A stretch of 32,000 nt of DNA from Desulfotalea psychrophila LSv54 (GTDB taxonomy: Bacteria > Desulfobacterota > Desulfobulbia > Desulfobulbales > Desulfocapsaceae), in the NCBI RefSeq assembly GCF_000025945.1, contig NC_006138.1, positions 2,880,001 to 2,912,000 on the forward strand. Reading direction: 5' to 3'. A program made the translations under genes and the position numbers. Shown one piece after another: positions 1-8,338 of the stretch (position 1 is the first letter of the stretch; each line of letters starts with the position of its first letter). The notes beneath the pieces are model-generated. The model made no database searches and was not told where the DNA came from. It saw only the letters and a list, made by a program, of their open reading frames with translations.

Positions 1-474
1 CTTCATATCAGATGCATAGCTTAAATACCGCCTGCAGCTCTCTAAAAAAGATTGGCGATTAAAAACACTGTTAAAGGCAATCCGATCACTGGCCAGGGCT
101 GTGGTAAAATTAATTGCCGTAAATTGACGATTATCCGGGGCGGCCTCCTGATTGGGATAGACAAACTGATTCTCGTGAAAATAGGTACAAAAAAGGGTGG
201 CAGGGTTCCAACCCTTAAGGCTTGAAACGAGGGCCCTTAAAACGGCAACATCGACAAAGGTTGAGCAGAGAACAGTATCAAAAAAACGTTCTTCAGGAAG
301 CAGTTCGCCAAGAGATTGGACAAACCAGGGCGCAGAGAGCTGCATACGCATCTTCCATTTACGGGCAGGCAGGGTCATAAAGAGACAATCCGCTTCAACG
401 ACGCCCTCGATTTTGTCAAGAAACTGTTTATGGGAGCCCCCATAGTATGGTTCAAGGATAAGAATTTTTTTCAT
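1..474 (-). CDS. Glycosyltransferase with a DUF3524 / GTDC1-like (tRNA-queuosine mannosyltransferase-like) N-terminal domain. Only the 5' part is present; the gene continues beyond the window start.
   Basis: Absent from the ORF track because it runs off the edge. My minus-strand translation from the ATG at 474-472 reads MKKILILEPYYGGSHKQFLDKIEGVVEADCLFMTLPARKWKMRMQLSAPWF...YFHENQFVYP...AFNSVFNRQSFLE, and stays open in frame to base 1 (158 codons). The motifs EPYYGGSHKQ, LPARKW, YFHENQ and FNSVFN match my recollection of the DUF3524/GTDC1 N-domain. The start lies 9 nt after the stop of ORF 483..971. Confidence 0.65.
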   Translation of the reverse strand, partial: MKKILILEPYYGGSHKQFLDKIEGVVEADCLFMTLPARKWKMRMQLSAPWFVQSLGELLPEERFFDTVLCSTFVDVAVLRALVSSLKGWNPATLFCTYFHENQFVYPNQEAAPDNRQFTAINFTTALASDRIAFNSVFNRQSFLESCRRYLSYASDMK

Positions 475-482
475 TTTATATC

Positions 483-971
483 TCAGAGGCGGGAAGAGAA
501 CTCTCCACCGGCCTGCTTTTTAATTTTTTTATCAAGAACCTGGCTGAAAGATCTCTTCTCCACAAATTGATAGTGGCAACCCGTCGGCAATTCTCCACCA
601 CAGAGCAGGAGATCCTTATGAGGAAAGCCTCGACAGACGGCGGGACGATTAGAATAATCCCCGCAAAGACCATCCTCACTGAGATGACAACAGGTAAAGA
701 GCAGGTAGCCCTGGCCATCCCTGCCAGTCAGGATAAAACGTTCATATTCAGGATTTGAGCGAACAAGGCCAGCGAAGGTCGTAGCTGAACGAAGCCAACC
801 ATCCGGCCCCTCCAGACTTAGACTGCGACAACAGGCACCACATCGGCCACAATCTCCTGCTACAAACAACTCGGTTTCAGAAAGGCGAAGTTTACCCTGA
901 AGAAGTAGCCCCCTATAAGAAAATTTTCGCAGGCTCTGCCAAAGGGCGAGCAGTCTATCCATTTTTTTCAT
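483..971 (-). CDS. YkgJ-family (UPF0153, CxxCxxCC) zinc/iron-sulfur cysteine-cluster protein
   Basis: 162-aa ORF with the signature GDCGRCGACCRS plus a second Cys group (FTCCHL, GLCGDYSNRPAVCRGFP), typical of the YkgJ/Fe-S-cluster oxidoreductase-like family. It sits immediately upstream of, and co-directional with, the 1..474 gene. Confidence 0.7.
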   Translation of the reverse strand: MKKMDRLLALWQSLRKFSYRGLLLQGKLRLSETELFVAGDCGRCGACCRSLSLEGPDGWLRSATTFAGLVRSNPEYERFILTGRDGQGYLLFTCCHLSEDGLCGDYSNRPAVCRGFPHKDLLLCGGELPTGCHYQFVEKRSFSQVLDKKIKKQAGGEFSSRL

Positions 972-1087
972 TTTTACTTGCCTTGAACTTCCCTATGGTT
1001 CATTGTAAACAGTCTAGCATGGCCAGTTCTACAGCGAGTAACTACCAAAATTCCACTAAGAGTTCATCGATTCTATAACCAACAGCT

Positions 1088-1906
1088 ATGAAAAACATAA
1101 GACACATATACTATGTATCTGAAAACACAGGCCTACTGGCAAAAGACTCGGGCAAATCCCTACTCTGCCAATTTCCAGGGGTTGAATTCCAGGAAGAACT
1201 CCTACCCTTTATCCGAACTAAGGATGATGCCCAAAGAACCATCAATGCCATCAGAGAAAAATGCGGTGAAGAAAAACCTATTATTTTTTCCACCATCTTT
1301 GATCCAGAGATAAACAAAATCCTCCAGCACGAGGATGTTATCCTCCTTAATATCTGTGAACCATTCCTCACTCAACTTGAGGGAATGCTTGGAAAAAATG
1401 CCCTCCGTGCAAGTGGTCACTCTCGCAATGTCGATCAACAGATCATGAGCAACAGAGTCGATGCCATCCACTACACCATCTCCCATGACGATGGCACCGC
1501 AATCATGGACTATGAAGAGGCTGATCTTATCATTGTCGGAGTCTCAAGGTCCGGCAAGACTCCCATTTCCGTATTCCTTGCCACTCAGATGGGAATCAAG
1601 ACAGCAAACTACCCTCTGGTTGAACAAGATCTAACCTTCTGTCAACTTCCTGAAGATATTATCAAAAACAAGCACAAGGTGGTGGGACTCTCTATATCAC
1701 CGGATGTACTTCATACCTTTCGCGAACAGAGATATAAGGGCAGCCACTATGCGCAGATGTCTACCTGTAAAAGGGAAACTCTTCAATCAAAAAGAATTTT
1801 TGAAAAATACGATCTCCCCGTTGTCTTCTCCGATGCCAGATCCATTGAAGAGACGGCAACCCAGGTTGCCCAGGAGTTAAGCAAACAATGGAACCCCATC
1901 TTTTAA
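1088..1906 (+). CDS. ppsR: Phosphoenolpyruvate synthase regulatory protein (bifunctional kinase/pyrophosphorylase, DUF299)
   Basis: 272 aa. Collinear with E. coli PpsR/YdiA by eye: RHIYYVSENTG, AIHYTISHDDG, P-loop GVSRSGKTP, ANYPLV, FREQRY..S.YA. No ppsA lies adjacent. Confidence 0.85.
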   Translation: MKNIRHIYYVSENTGLLAKDSGKSLLCQFPGVEFQEELLPFIRTKDDAQRTINAIREKCGEEKPIIFSTIFDPEINKILQHEDVILLNICEPFLTQLEGMLGKNALRASGHSRNVDQQIMSNRVDAIHYTISHDDGTAIMDYEEADLIIVGVSRSGKTPISVFLATQMGIKTANYPLVEQDLTFCQLPEDIIKNKHKVVGLSISPDVLHTFREQRYKGSHYAQMSTCKRETLQSKRIFEKYDLPVVFSDARSIEETATQVAQELSKQWNPIF

Positions 1907-1937
1907 ACCTCTTTAACAATTTTAACACTAAGAAATC

Positions 1938-2360
1938 ATGATAACTACAGAGAGCACCTGCCCCTGCGGCAGCGAAGAACCTTTCGGCAAATGTTGCCTG
2001 CGAATAATCAACAATCATTCTCTGGCCAAAACAGCCGAGGAGCTGATGCGCTCACGCTATACCGCCTTTGTCATCAAGGACAACGGATATATTTTAAAAA
2101 CATGGAGCAAGAAAACCCGGCCACGGAAACTACAGGAGGATATCAATCCCATCCAGTGGATTGATCTGATCATTGAAAACACCAGCAAAGGCCTCGCAGA
2201 AGATACAACGGGAGAAGTCGAATTTACGGTCCACTTCCTAGAGGGAAAGGAATTTTGCGTCCTGCATGAAAAGAGCAGATTTCGCAAAAGCAAAAACCTT
2301 TGGTACTATATTGATGGTGACTGTGAGCTAAAAAGAGAGTCCCTCTCTCTGAAAAAGTAA
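1938..2360 (+). CDS. YchJ-family (UPF0225) SEC-C motif protein
   Basis: 140 aa. N-terminal SEC-C metal-binding motif CPCGSEEPFGKCC, followed by MRSRYTAF, which is typical of YchJ-like proteins. Confidence 0.7.
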   Translation: MITTESTCPCGSEEPFGKCCLRIINNHSLAKTAEELMRSRYTAFVIKDNGYILKTWSKKTRPRKLQEDINPIQWIDLIIENTSKGLAEDTTGEVEFTVHFLEGKEFCVLHEKSRFRKSKNLWYYIDGDCELKRESLSLKK

Positions 2361-2367
2361 CGAGAGC

Positions 2368-2400
2368 AGGGGGATTGCACTCTCTGAGACAATCCCCCCT
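2368..2400. terminator. Hairpin between convergent genes (candidate bidirectional terminator)
   Basis: GGGGGATTG (2369-2377) pairs with CAATCCCCC (2390-2398), with a 12-nt loop. It lies between the + gene ending at 2360 and the - gene ending at 2406. There is no strong U-tract. Confidence 0.5.
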
Positions 2401-2405
2401 TATCC

Positions 2406-4739
2406 CTAATTCTCTAAATGAAGAGCCGCAAACACTCGTTCTGGGGTGATCGGCAACTCAACAAATCTAATGCCGGTTGCATCAGCCACGGCATTGGCGA
2501 TTGCCGATGCCGGACAAACCAGACTACACTCTCCGGCCCCCTTGGCGCCGAAGGGGCCAGTAGGATCACTTGCCTCCACAATAATGGCATCAATGGGGGG
2601 AATATCTTCTGCTGTGGGTAGCATATAATTATGCATACTGCTGTTAACCTGGCCGCCACGATTGTTGTAGCGAATCTCTTCAGTGAGGGCGTAACCGATA
2701 CCTTGAACAGCCCCTCCCTCAATCTGTCCCTCTACAATCATCGGATTAATGGCAGTCCCTACATCATGGGCGGCGGCAAGCTTAATCACCTCAACCTGTC
2801 CTGTCTCTTTGTCCACCTCGACCTCGGCAAAACATGCATGCCAAGGGGCGGCATTTGCCGGTACATTTCTTGCCACACCGATAAACTGCTTATTACGGAC
2901 ATGGGCATGATAAACCAACTCTTCAAGGGTAACGGAATTTCCCTTGCCCCCCGCTATATCATCCAGCGAACAGTGCTCTGAGGCAACCGTAGCATCCACT
3001 AACTCTACCCTGTCATCCTTTATCTGCAGATCTTCCGGGGTAACACTAAAAAGGGGGGCCGCGTATTCCAGCATCTGTTTCTTTGCATCCGTAGCAGCTA
3101 TCTGAATAGCCAATCCGGCGGCATAACAGGTACGACTGGCGTGACTGCCAATGTCAAAAGGCGTGCTCTGGGTATCACCATAGGTCAGTGAAATTTTATC
3201 TACATCCATACTCAGGGTTTCAGCAGCAATTTGTACCAATGAGGTACATACCCCTGTTCCCAATTCAGGAACACCAGAGGCAACATTGGCTGTGCCGTCG
3301 GACTGGATTGTCACATAGGCATTGTCGTAGTCAACACAAAAGGGCCAAGCGTTACTTACATGGGTACCAACGGCCATTCCCAAACCACGCACCTTTTTGC
3401 TGCCCGGGCTGTTCAGGCTACCGCGACGTTTCCAACCGATACTCTCCGCTCCCTGTCGCATACACTCTGCAAGTTCGCTGCTCAGACAAGGGAAGGGTAG
3501 ACACCACTTATCTCCAACCTGCGTGATATTTTTCATCCGCAATTCATAGGCGTCCATACCAAGTTCAATGGCCATCAAATCCACAACCTGCTCAAGGGCC
3601 AGATTTCCCTGTGGATTACCAAAGCCACGCATGGCTCCGCCAATAGTCTGATTGGTATAAACACTGTGCCCGTAGTAGCGTTGGTGCGGTATGCGGTAAA
3701 TGGCCAGGGTCATTGCCCCACAAACACCGGGAAGCTCTGCCCCAAAGCTACAGTAAGCGCCCGTACCAAAAAGAGCCTTCACATCCAGAGCCCGGAACGT
3801 TCCATCCCTGTCAGCACCAAGCTTAACGGTGACCACGGCAGGATGACGTGTATCGGAAGCGATAAAATCTTCCTTACGACTATAGACAAGCTTTACAGGT
3901 TTTTTGGCAAGCATTGCCAGAGCCATGGCAATGGGTTCAGCCAGACCACTCAAGCCAATACGCACCCCAAAACCGCCACCGACATAGGGAGGTGCCAAAA
4001 CACGTATTTTGCTCGCCGGCATAGCAAAAATCTTACCGAGGATTGCCTTAGTCGGATGGGGAGTCTGAGTGGTAGACCAGACAGTGACCTCACCGTTACC
4101 ATCAACCTGAGCCACGGCGCTCTGGGTCTCCATCTGTACCTGCTTGACAATGGGAAGCTTAAAGGATTTCTCAATAATTACCTCAGATTCCGCCAAGCCC
4201 TTCTCAATATCACCATAGGGAATCCTGATGATTTCACCGGGAATGTTCTTGCCCTCGGGCGTACATCCCTTGTCACCATGCAATTCCGGAGCATCCGGGC
4301 CCATGGCCTCCTCAAGATCAAGAACCGCAGGCAAAATCTCATATTCCACCCGAATAAGCTTTATCGCCTGCTCGGCAATGGCCTCGGTGGTGGCGGCAAC
4401 AGCAGCAACCTCGTCGCCCACATAACGGACAATATCATCAAAGAGGTACTGATCCAGAACTCTTTCAAGATGAGGAGCGGTAAGAAACATTGGCGCGGCC
4501 GCATTAAACAGATTTTTAGGTCCATTTTCATGGGTCATTATGGCCCGGACACCGATCATCTTTTCTGCTGCTGAAACATCAATACTGACAATTTTAGCGT
4601 GAGGATGGGGACTGCGTAACACCTTTGCGTGCAACATACCCGGCAAGGACATATCACTGGTAAAAAGCCCCCTGCCCGTGGTCTTATCCACCCCATCACG
4701 TCTCTTGATATTTTGGCCAACAACCTTAAATTTACTCAT
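2406..4739 (-). CDS. Xanthine dehydrogenase / aldehyde oxidoreductase family, molybdopterin-binding large subunit (substrate unknown)
   Basis: 777 aa. N-terminal a/b-hammerhead signature (VGQNIKRRDGVDKTTGRGLFTSDMSLPGMLHAKVLRSPHPHAKI), GGGFG, GGAMRGFGNPQG, and a C-terminal GAKGAGECSL carrying the catalytic-type Glu. It overlaps the small-subunit gene by 8 nt. Confidence 0.85.
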   Translation of the reverse strand: MSKFKVVGQNIKRRDGVDKTTGRGLFTSDMSLPGMLHAKVLRSPHPHAKIVSIDVSAAEKMIGVRAIMTHENGPKNLFNAAAPMFLTAPHLERVLDQYLFDDIVRYVGDEVAAVAATTEAIAEQAIKLIRVEYEILPAVLDLEEAMGPDAPELHGDKGCTPEGKNIPGEIIRIPYGDIEKGLAESEVIIEKSFKLPIVKQVQMETQSAVAQVDGNGEVTVWSTTQTPHPTKAILGKIFAMPASKIRVLAPPYVGGGFGVRIGLSGLAEPIAMALAMLAKKPVKLVYSRKEDFIASDTRHPAVVTVKLGADRDGTFRALDVKALFGTGAYCSFGAELPGVCGAMTLAIYRIPHQRYYGHSVYTNQTIGGAMRGFGNPQGNLALEQVVDLMAIELGMDAYELRMKNITQVGDKWCLPFPCLSSELAECMRQGAESIGWKRRGSLNSPGSKKVRGLGMAVGTHVSNAWPFCVDYDNAYVTIQSDGTANVASGVPELGTGVCTSLVQIAAETLSMDVDKISLTYGDTQSTPFDIGSHASRTCYAAGLAIQIAATDAKKQMLEYAAPLFSVTPEDLQIKDDRVELVDATVASEHCSLDDIAGGKGNSVTLEELVYHAHVRNKQFIGVARNVPANAAPWHACFAEVEVDKETGQVEVIKLAAAHDVGTAINPMIVEGQIEGGAVQGIGYALTEEIRYNNRGGQVNSSMHNYMLPTAEDIPPIDAIIVEASDPTGPFGAKGAGECSLVCPASAIANAVADATGIRFVELPITPERVFAALHLEN

Positions 4740-5238
4740 ATTTCTCTCCCTTTACCGCCGAGGCTCTTAACTTACGAGCGGCATCTTCAATAGCATCTTC
4801 AATTTTCACATATCCGGTACAACGACAGACATTCCCGGAAACTGCTTCTCGAATCTGATCCTTCGAAGGAGATTTATTTTTATCAAGCAGGGCCTTACTC
4901 GACATAATCATACCCGGAGTACAAAAACCGCACTGCACAGCACCCTTCTCAATAAAGCTGGTTTGCAGAGGATGAAGCCCTTTACTGCTCTCTACCCCCT
5001 CAATGGTCTCAACCTTGGTACCGATAACACGCATGGCTGGCAGAAGACAGGAGTTCACAGCCTTACCGTTAACAAGCACGGTACAGGAACCGCAGCCGCC
5101 CTCTCCACAGCCCTTTTTGGTACCAGTTAAATGCAGCTTATCCCGCAAAACGTCGACAAAGAGTTCAAATGGATCCACATAGACTTCTACCGGCTCACCG
5201 TTCAAGGTGAAGGTGATTAGTTGTTTACTCATATTCAT
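4732..5238 (-). CDS. (2Fe-2S)-binding small subunit of an XDH-family molybdoenzyme
   Basis: 168 aa carrying both cluster motifs: CGEGGCGSCTV (plant-type) and CGFCTPG ... CRCTGY. Confidence 0.9.
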   Translation of the reverse strand: MNMSKQLITFTLNGEPVEVYVDPFELFVDVLRDKLHLTGTKKGCGEGGCGSCTVLVNGKAVNSCLLPAMRVIGTKVETIEGVESSKGLHPLQTSFIEKGAVQCGFCTPGMIMSSKALLDKNKSPSKDQIREAVSGNVCRCTGYVKIEDAIEDAARKLRASAVKGEKYE

Positions 5239-5246
5239 ATCCCCTT

Positions 5247-6116
5247 TTATGCCTGTCCGGCATCAGCTACTGCTGCTTGTAAAACGCGTTCTACGATGGC
5301 AGGTAAAACCCCCATTCGATATTCCTTTGACCCTCTGACCGCACTGCTTCTAAACGTTGCCTGATTTCTGGCAAGCAGGCCAGCCTCTTTAATATTGGCA
5401 TCGGTAATCTCTGCCCCCTGCAAAAAAAGTTCAGCATCAATGGCATGTTGTGGACCTGCACCCACTGGAGCAAACAAAACCCTGGCCCATGCAAAACAAC
5501 CGTCTTTAACGCTGACCTTGGCCGAGACGTTGAGCATGGGGAGAGAGAGAGCCTTACGCTGTTCCATACGAACATAGGCACAGCCATCTCCCTTCTCCTT
5601 GAGGGGAAATTTTAGATGGGTGACAAGGTGATTGCAACTGTCAATACCAGAGAGACAAATGCCGGCATACATCTCTGCAAGAGGCAGAACACGCAAACCT
5701 TTCTGATCAACAACCTCCACCGAGGTATCAAGACATGCCAAAGCAACGGCTGCATCAGCTGCAGGATTCGCTGTCACAACATTACCTACTACTGTCGCCA
5801 CATTACGAATCTGCAAGGAACCAACCTTACGGCAGGCCTGAACAAGGGCCGGGGCATGCTGATGAACAAGTTTTGAATTAACCACCTGACTCAGGGTAAC
5901 ATTGGCTCCAATACGAATATAACCATCTGCCTCGGCGATATCAGAAAGTTCCCCAATATTACTTAAATCTAGCAGAACATCAGCTGCAAATTTGCCATCT
6001 TTCATATCAAGGACCAGATCGGTCCCCCCTGCAATAATTCTGGCCTTACCATCCTTGCTGGCTAAAAGGGCAACAGCTTCTGACACTGTTGCGGGGAAAA
6101 GATACTCCTGCACCAT
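5247..6116 (-). CDS. FAD-binding (CoxM/XdhB-like) medium subunit of an XDH-family molybdoenzyme
   Basis: 289 aa with AGGTDL near the N-terminus, typical of the FAD-binding molybdopterin dehydrogenase domain. First gene of the three-gene unit. Strong SD, GGAGGTG, lies 4 nt upstream of the ATG. Confidence 0.85.
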   Translation of the reverse strand: MVQEYLFPATVSEAVALLASKDGKARIIAGGTDLVLDMKDGKFAADVLLDLSNIGELSDIAEADGYIRIGANVTLSQVVNSKLVHQHAPALVQACRKVGSLQIRNVATVVGNVVTANPAADAAVALACLDTSVEVVDQKGLRVLPLAEMYAGICLSGIDSCNHLVTHLKFPLKEKGDGCAYVRMEQRKALSLPMLNVSAKVSVKDGCFAWARVLFAPVGAGPQHAIDAELFLQGAEITDANIKEAGLLARNQATFRSSAVRGSKEYRMGVLPAIVERVLQAAVADAGQA

Positions 6117-6660
6117 AATTCACCTCCATTTTGTTATAAAAATAAATAATTGCCACCTGAAGTCATTCTAATAATTCATATTTTTCATATTAAAAAAAAC
6201 TCATGTTAGGGTTTATCTTTAAAATATGCAAGAGAACATTTCTGGCAAGGAGGTCGCTCCGAGAGTTCAGGGCAGATTAAAAAATGAAAAACTACGGGCA
6301 AGGACCGAATAAACATTTATGCTGAGGAGAGGGGCGCTGGTAACACCATCACTAACAAATCCCTTAATCTAAGAAGAACATGCTCCCTGCTAAACTGCCT
6401 CCTGAGGCCAATTTTTTTTAGCTACTTAAGGCAAAAATCTCAGGTACTTTAACAAGGACAGATGCAAAATAAAAAAGGAAAATTTAAAACAAAGTCGTTA
6501 ATATAAATATATTCCTGCCATTTCATGATTGTCATTAGTTGTTATCTGTGGTATTTCATTTCGATTTTGATATACTGACTATGGGATGGAAAAGCTGTCC
6601 TTTTAAAATAGTAACCTCTATAAATCGTACTAACATACCTCAACCCCAGCATATACGCAT

Positions 6661-7731
6661 ATGAGTACAACATCTGAAGCAGTTCAATCGAAATACTCCG
6701 AAGCCGGAGTTGACATCGACAAGGGCAACGCCTTCGTCGAGGGTATTAAAGACATTGTTGCCTCTACCCACAAGAATGGCGTCATCGACAATATTGGTGG
6801 ATTTTCTGCCCACATTGCCATCGATGTCACCAAATACCCAAAACCCGTTATCGTTAACTCCACCGATGGTGTGGGTACCAAACTTGCGATAGCCCATATG
6901 TGCAATAAACACGATACCATCGGTATTGATCTTGTTGCAATGTGTGTCAATGATCTCATTGTAGGCGGAGCGACCCCGCTCAGTTTTCTTGATTACTTTG
7001 CCGTTGGTAAACTTGATATTGAAGTGGCAACTGAGGTTGTTAAGGGTATCGCCGAGGGTTGTAAGCAGGCTGGCTGCTCTCTTGTTGGTGGTGAAACCGC
7101 TGAAATGCCAGGCCTTTACCAGGGCAGTGATTATGATCTGGCTGGTTTTGTTACCGGTATTGTTGACCGAGATTCCATCATTGATGGTTCAGACGTTCGC
7201 AGTGGTAATAAAATTATTGGTCTTGCCTCCAGTGGCGTTCACTCCAACGGTTATAGCCTTGTCCGCAAGATCTGTTTTGATGACAACGACTACTCCGTAG
7301 AAGATCACATCGAAGAACTTGGTTCTACCCTCGGAGAAGAGTTGCTGAAACCAACTCGAATCTATGTGCAACAGGTTCTCAACGTTATCAAGAACTACCC
7401 TATTCACGGTATGGTCCATAATACCGGCGGTGGTTTTATTGACAACATCCCTCGCATCCTCCCTAAGGGCTACAAGGCAACCCTACAGGCAGGAAGTTGG
7501 GACGTACCTGCCATCTTCACTTTTCTTGAAGAGAAGGGTAAGGTTCCCCGTGAAGAGATGTACCGCACCTTCAACATGGGTGTAGGACTACTTGTTATTG
7601 TTGCCGAAGACAAGGCGGAGGATATCCTCCACCACTTCGAAGCCCTTGGTGAGAAAGCATCTATCATTGGCGAAATACAGAAGCAGACCGATGAAAATGA
7701 CGAGCGCGTCACCATCCTGCCAGAGGGATAA
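6661..7731 (+). CDS. purM: Phosphoribosylformylglycinamidine cyclo-ligase (AIR synthetase)
   Basis: 356 aa, collinear with E. coli PurM: YSEAGVDIDKGNAFVE, STDGVGTKL, HDTIGIDLVAMCVNDL, GGETAEMPG, SSGVHSNGYSLVRK, PTRIYV, MYRTFNMGVG. Confidence 0.95.
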   Translation: MSTTSEAVQSKYSEAGVDIDKGNAFVEGIKDIVASTHKNGVIDNIGGFSAHIAIDVTKYPKPVIVNSTDGVGTKLAIAHMCNKHDTIGIDLVAMCVNDLIVGGATPLSFLDYFAVGKLDIEVATEVVKGIAEGCKQAGCSLVGGETAEMPGLYQGSDYDLAGFVTGIVDRDSIIDGSDVRSGNKIIGLASSGVHSNGYSLVRKICFDDNDYSVEDHIEELGSTLGEELLKPTRIYVQQVLNVIKNYPIHGMVHNTGGGFIDNIPRILPKGYKATLQAGSWDVPAIFTFLEEKGKVPREEMYRTFNMGVGLLVIVAEDKAEDILHHFEALGEKASIIGEIQKQTDENDERVTILPEG

Positions 7732-7756
7732 GTAACTCCCCCACAGGAAGAAGTAT

Positions 7757-7794
7757 AAAAGGCCCATGGAACATCTGTTCCATGGGCCTTTTTT
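7757..7794 (+). terminator. Rho-independent terminator of purM
   Basis: GGCCCATGGAAC (7761-7772) pairs perfectly with GTTCCATGGGCC (7777-7788), with a 4-nt loop, followed by T6 (7789-7794). Confidence 0.8.
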
Positions 7795-7978
7795 ATATCC
7801 AGGAGGTTCTACGCCGGTGCCACAGGCATGGAGGCGTTATATCCAGGAGGGTTCTACGCCGGTGCCACAGGCATGAAGACGTTAGCTGGGATAAGATGGT
7901 ATGTACTGATGCCACAGGCATAGAAGTACTTATATTCTGGAGGTTCTACGCCGGTGGCAAGGGTATAGATACACTTGC
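7795..7978. repeat. Tandem repeat of a 44-48 bp unit: two well-conserved copies plus two degenerate copies
   Basis: Copy 1 (7795-7838) is ATATCCAGGAGGTTCTACGCCGGTGCCACAGGCATGGAGGCGTT. Copy 2 (7839-7883) differs by a 1-nt insertion and 2 substitutions. Copy 3 (7884-7931) retains only GCCACAGGCATAGAAGTACTT. Copy 4 (7932-~7978) retains ATATTCTGGAGGTTCTACGCCGGTG. Unit lengths are not multiples of 3. Confidence 0.75.
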
Positions 7979-8162
7979 CAGATATTCTGCGTCTAGGCAA
8001 GGCTAGCAACACGGGCAAGGTTCAGCTAAGCAGGAGAAGTAAGAGAAACTTTTTCTAAAGAGATTGACTCACGCCAGCAAAAAGGGGGCCAACGGCATCT
8101 CGCAGCAGGAAGAACATGAGTAAACGGCGAGCAGAGACCAGGAATCTCGCCTTACAAAAGAC

Positions 8163-8196
8163 AAAAAAAGGGTATCAAGACGATGTCTTGATACCC
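8163..8196 (-). terminator. Rho-independent terminator ending the tRNA array
   Basis: GGGTATCAAGAC (8170-8181) pairs with GTCTTGATACCC (8185-8196), with a 3-nt loop. On the minus strand a U7 tract follows (plus-strand A7, 8163-8169). It lies 10 nt downstream of the last tRNA. Confidence 0.75.
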
Positions 8197-8206
8197 TTTT
8201 CATAAA

Positions 8207-8283
8207 TGGCGGAGCGGACGGGGTTCGAACCCGCGACCTCCGGCGTGACAGGCCGGCATTCTAACCAACTGAACTACCACTCC
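8207..8283 (-). tRNA. tRNA-Asp (anticodon GTC), copy 1, promoter-distal
   Basis: The reverse complement folds by hand as GGAGTGG TA GTTC AGTTGGTTA GAAT G CCGGC CTGTCAC GCCGG AGGTC GCGGG TTCGAAC CCCGT CCGCTCC G CCA. 77 nt, with encoded CCA. Confidence 0.9.
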
Positions 8284-8338
8284 AACTACCTTTACTGCTT
8301 ATTTCCCAGCCACCAATGATCGCATAGAAAATATCAAA

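Noticed and set aside
6421-6660. A purine or ZTP riboswitch directly upstream of purM.
   Set aside because: There is no match to the purine aptamer junction words, nor to the ZTP pseudoknot word CCGCCTGGG or its partner. The segment is about 25-30% GC with little stem potential.
7811-7830. A sigma54-like TGGCAC on the minus strand of each conserved 44-bp repeat unit.
   Set aside because: The -12 position reads TAGAA after the 5-nt spacer instead of TTGC[AT], so the invariant GC is missing. No downstream minus-strand gene needs such a promoter.
7782-8006. A 74-aa plus-strand ORF with repeated EVLRRCHRH peptide segments.
   Set aside because: It starts inside the purM terminator stem. Its internal repeat merely mirrors the 44/45-bp DNA repeat, whose copies differ by a frame-breaking 1-nt indel relative to the unit length. 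No SD is present.
8116-8205. A 29-aa mini-ORF (MSKRRAETRNLALQKTKKGYQDDVLIPFS) with AGGAAG 3 nt upstream of its ATG.
   Set aside because: It is too short to support from sequence alone. It runs through the tRNA-array terminator hairpin and I recognise no family. Ribosome profiling could revisit it.
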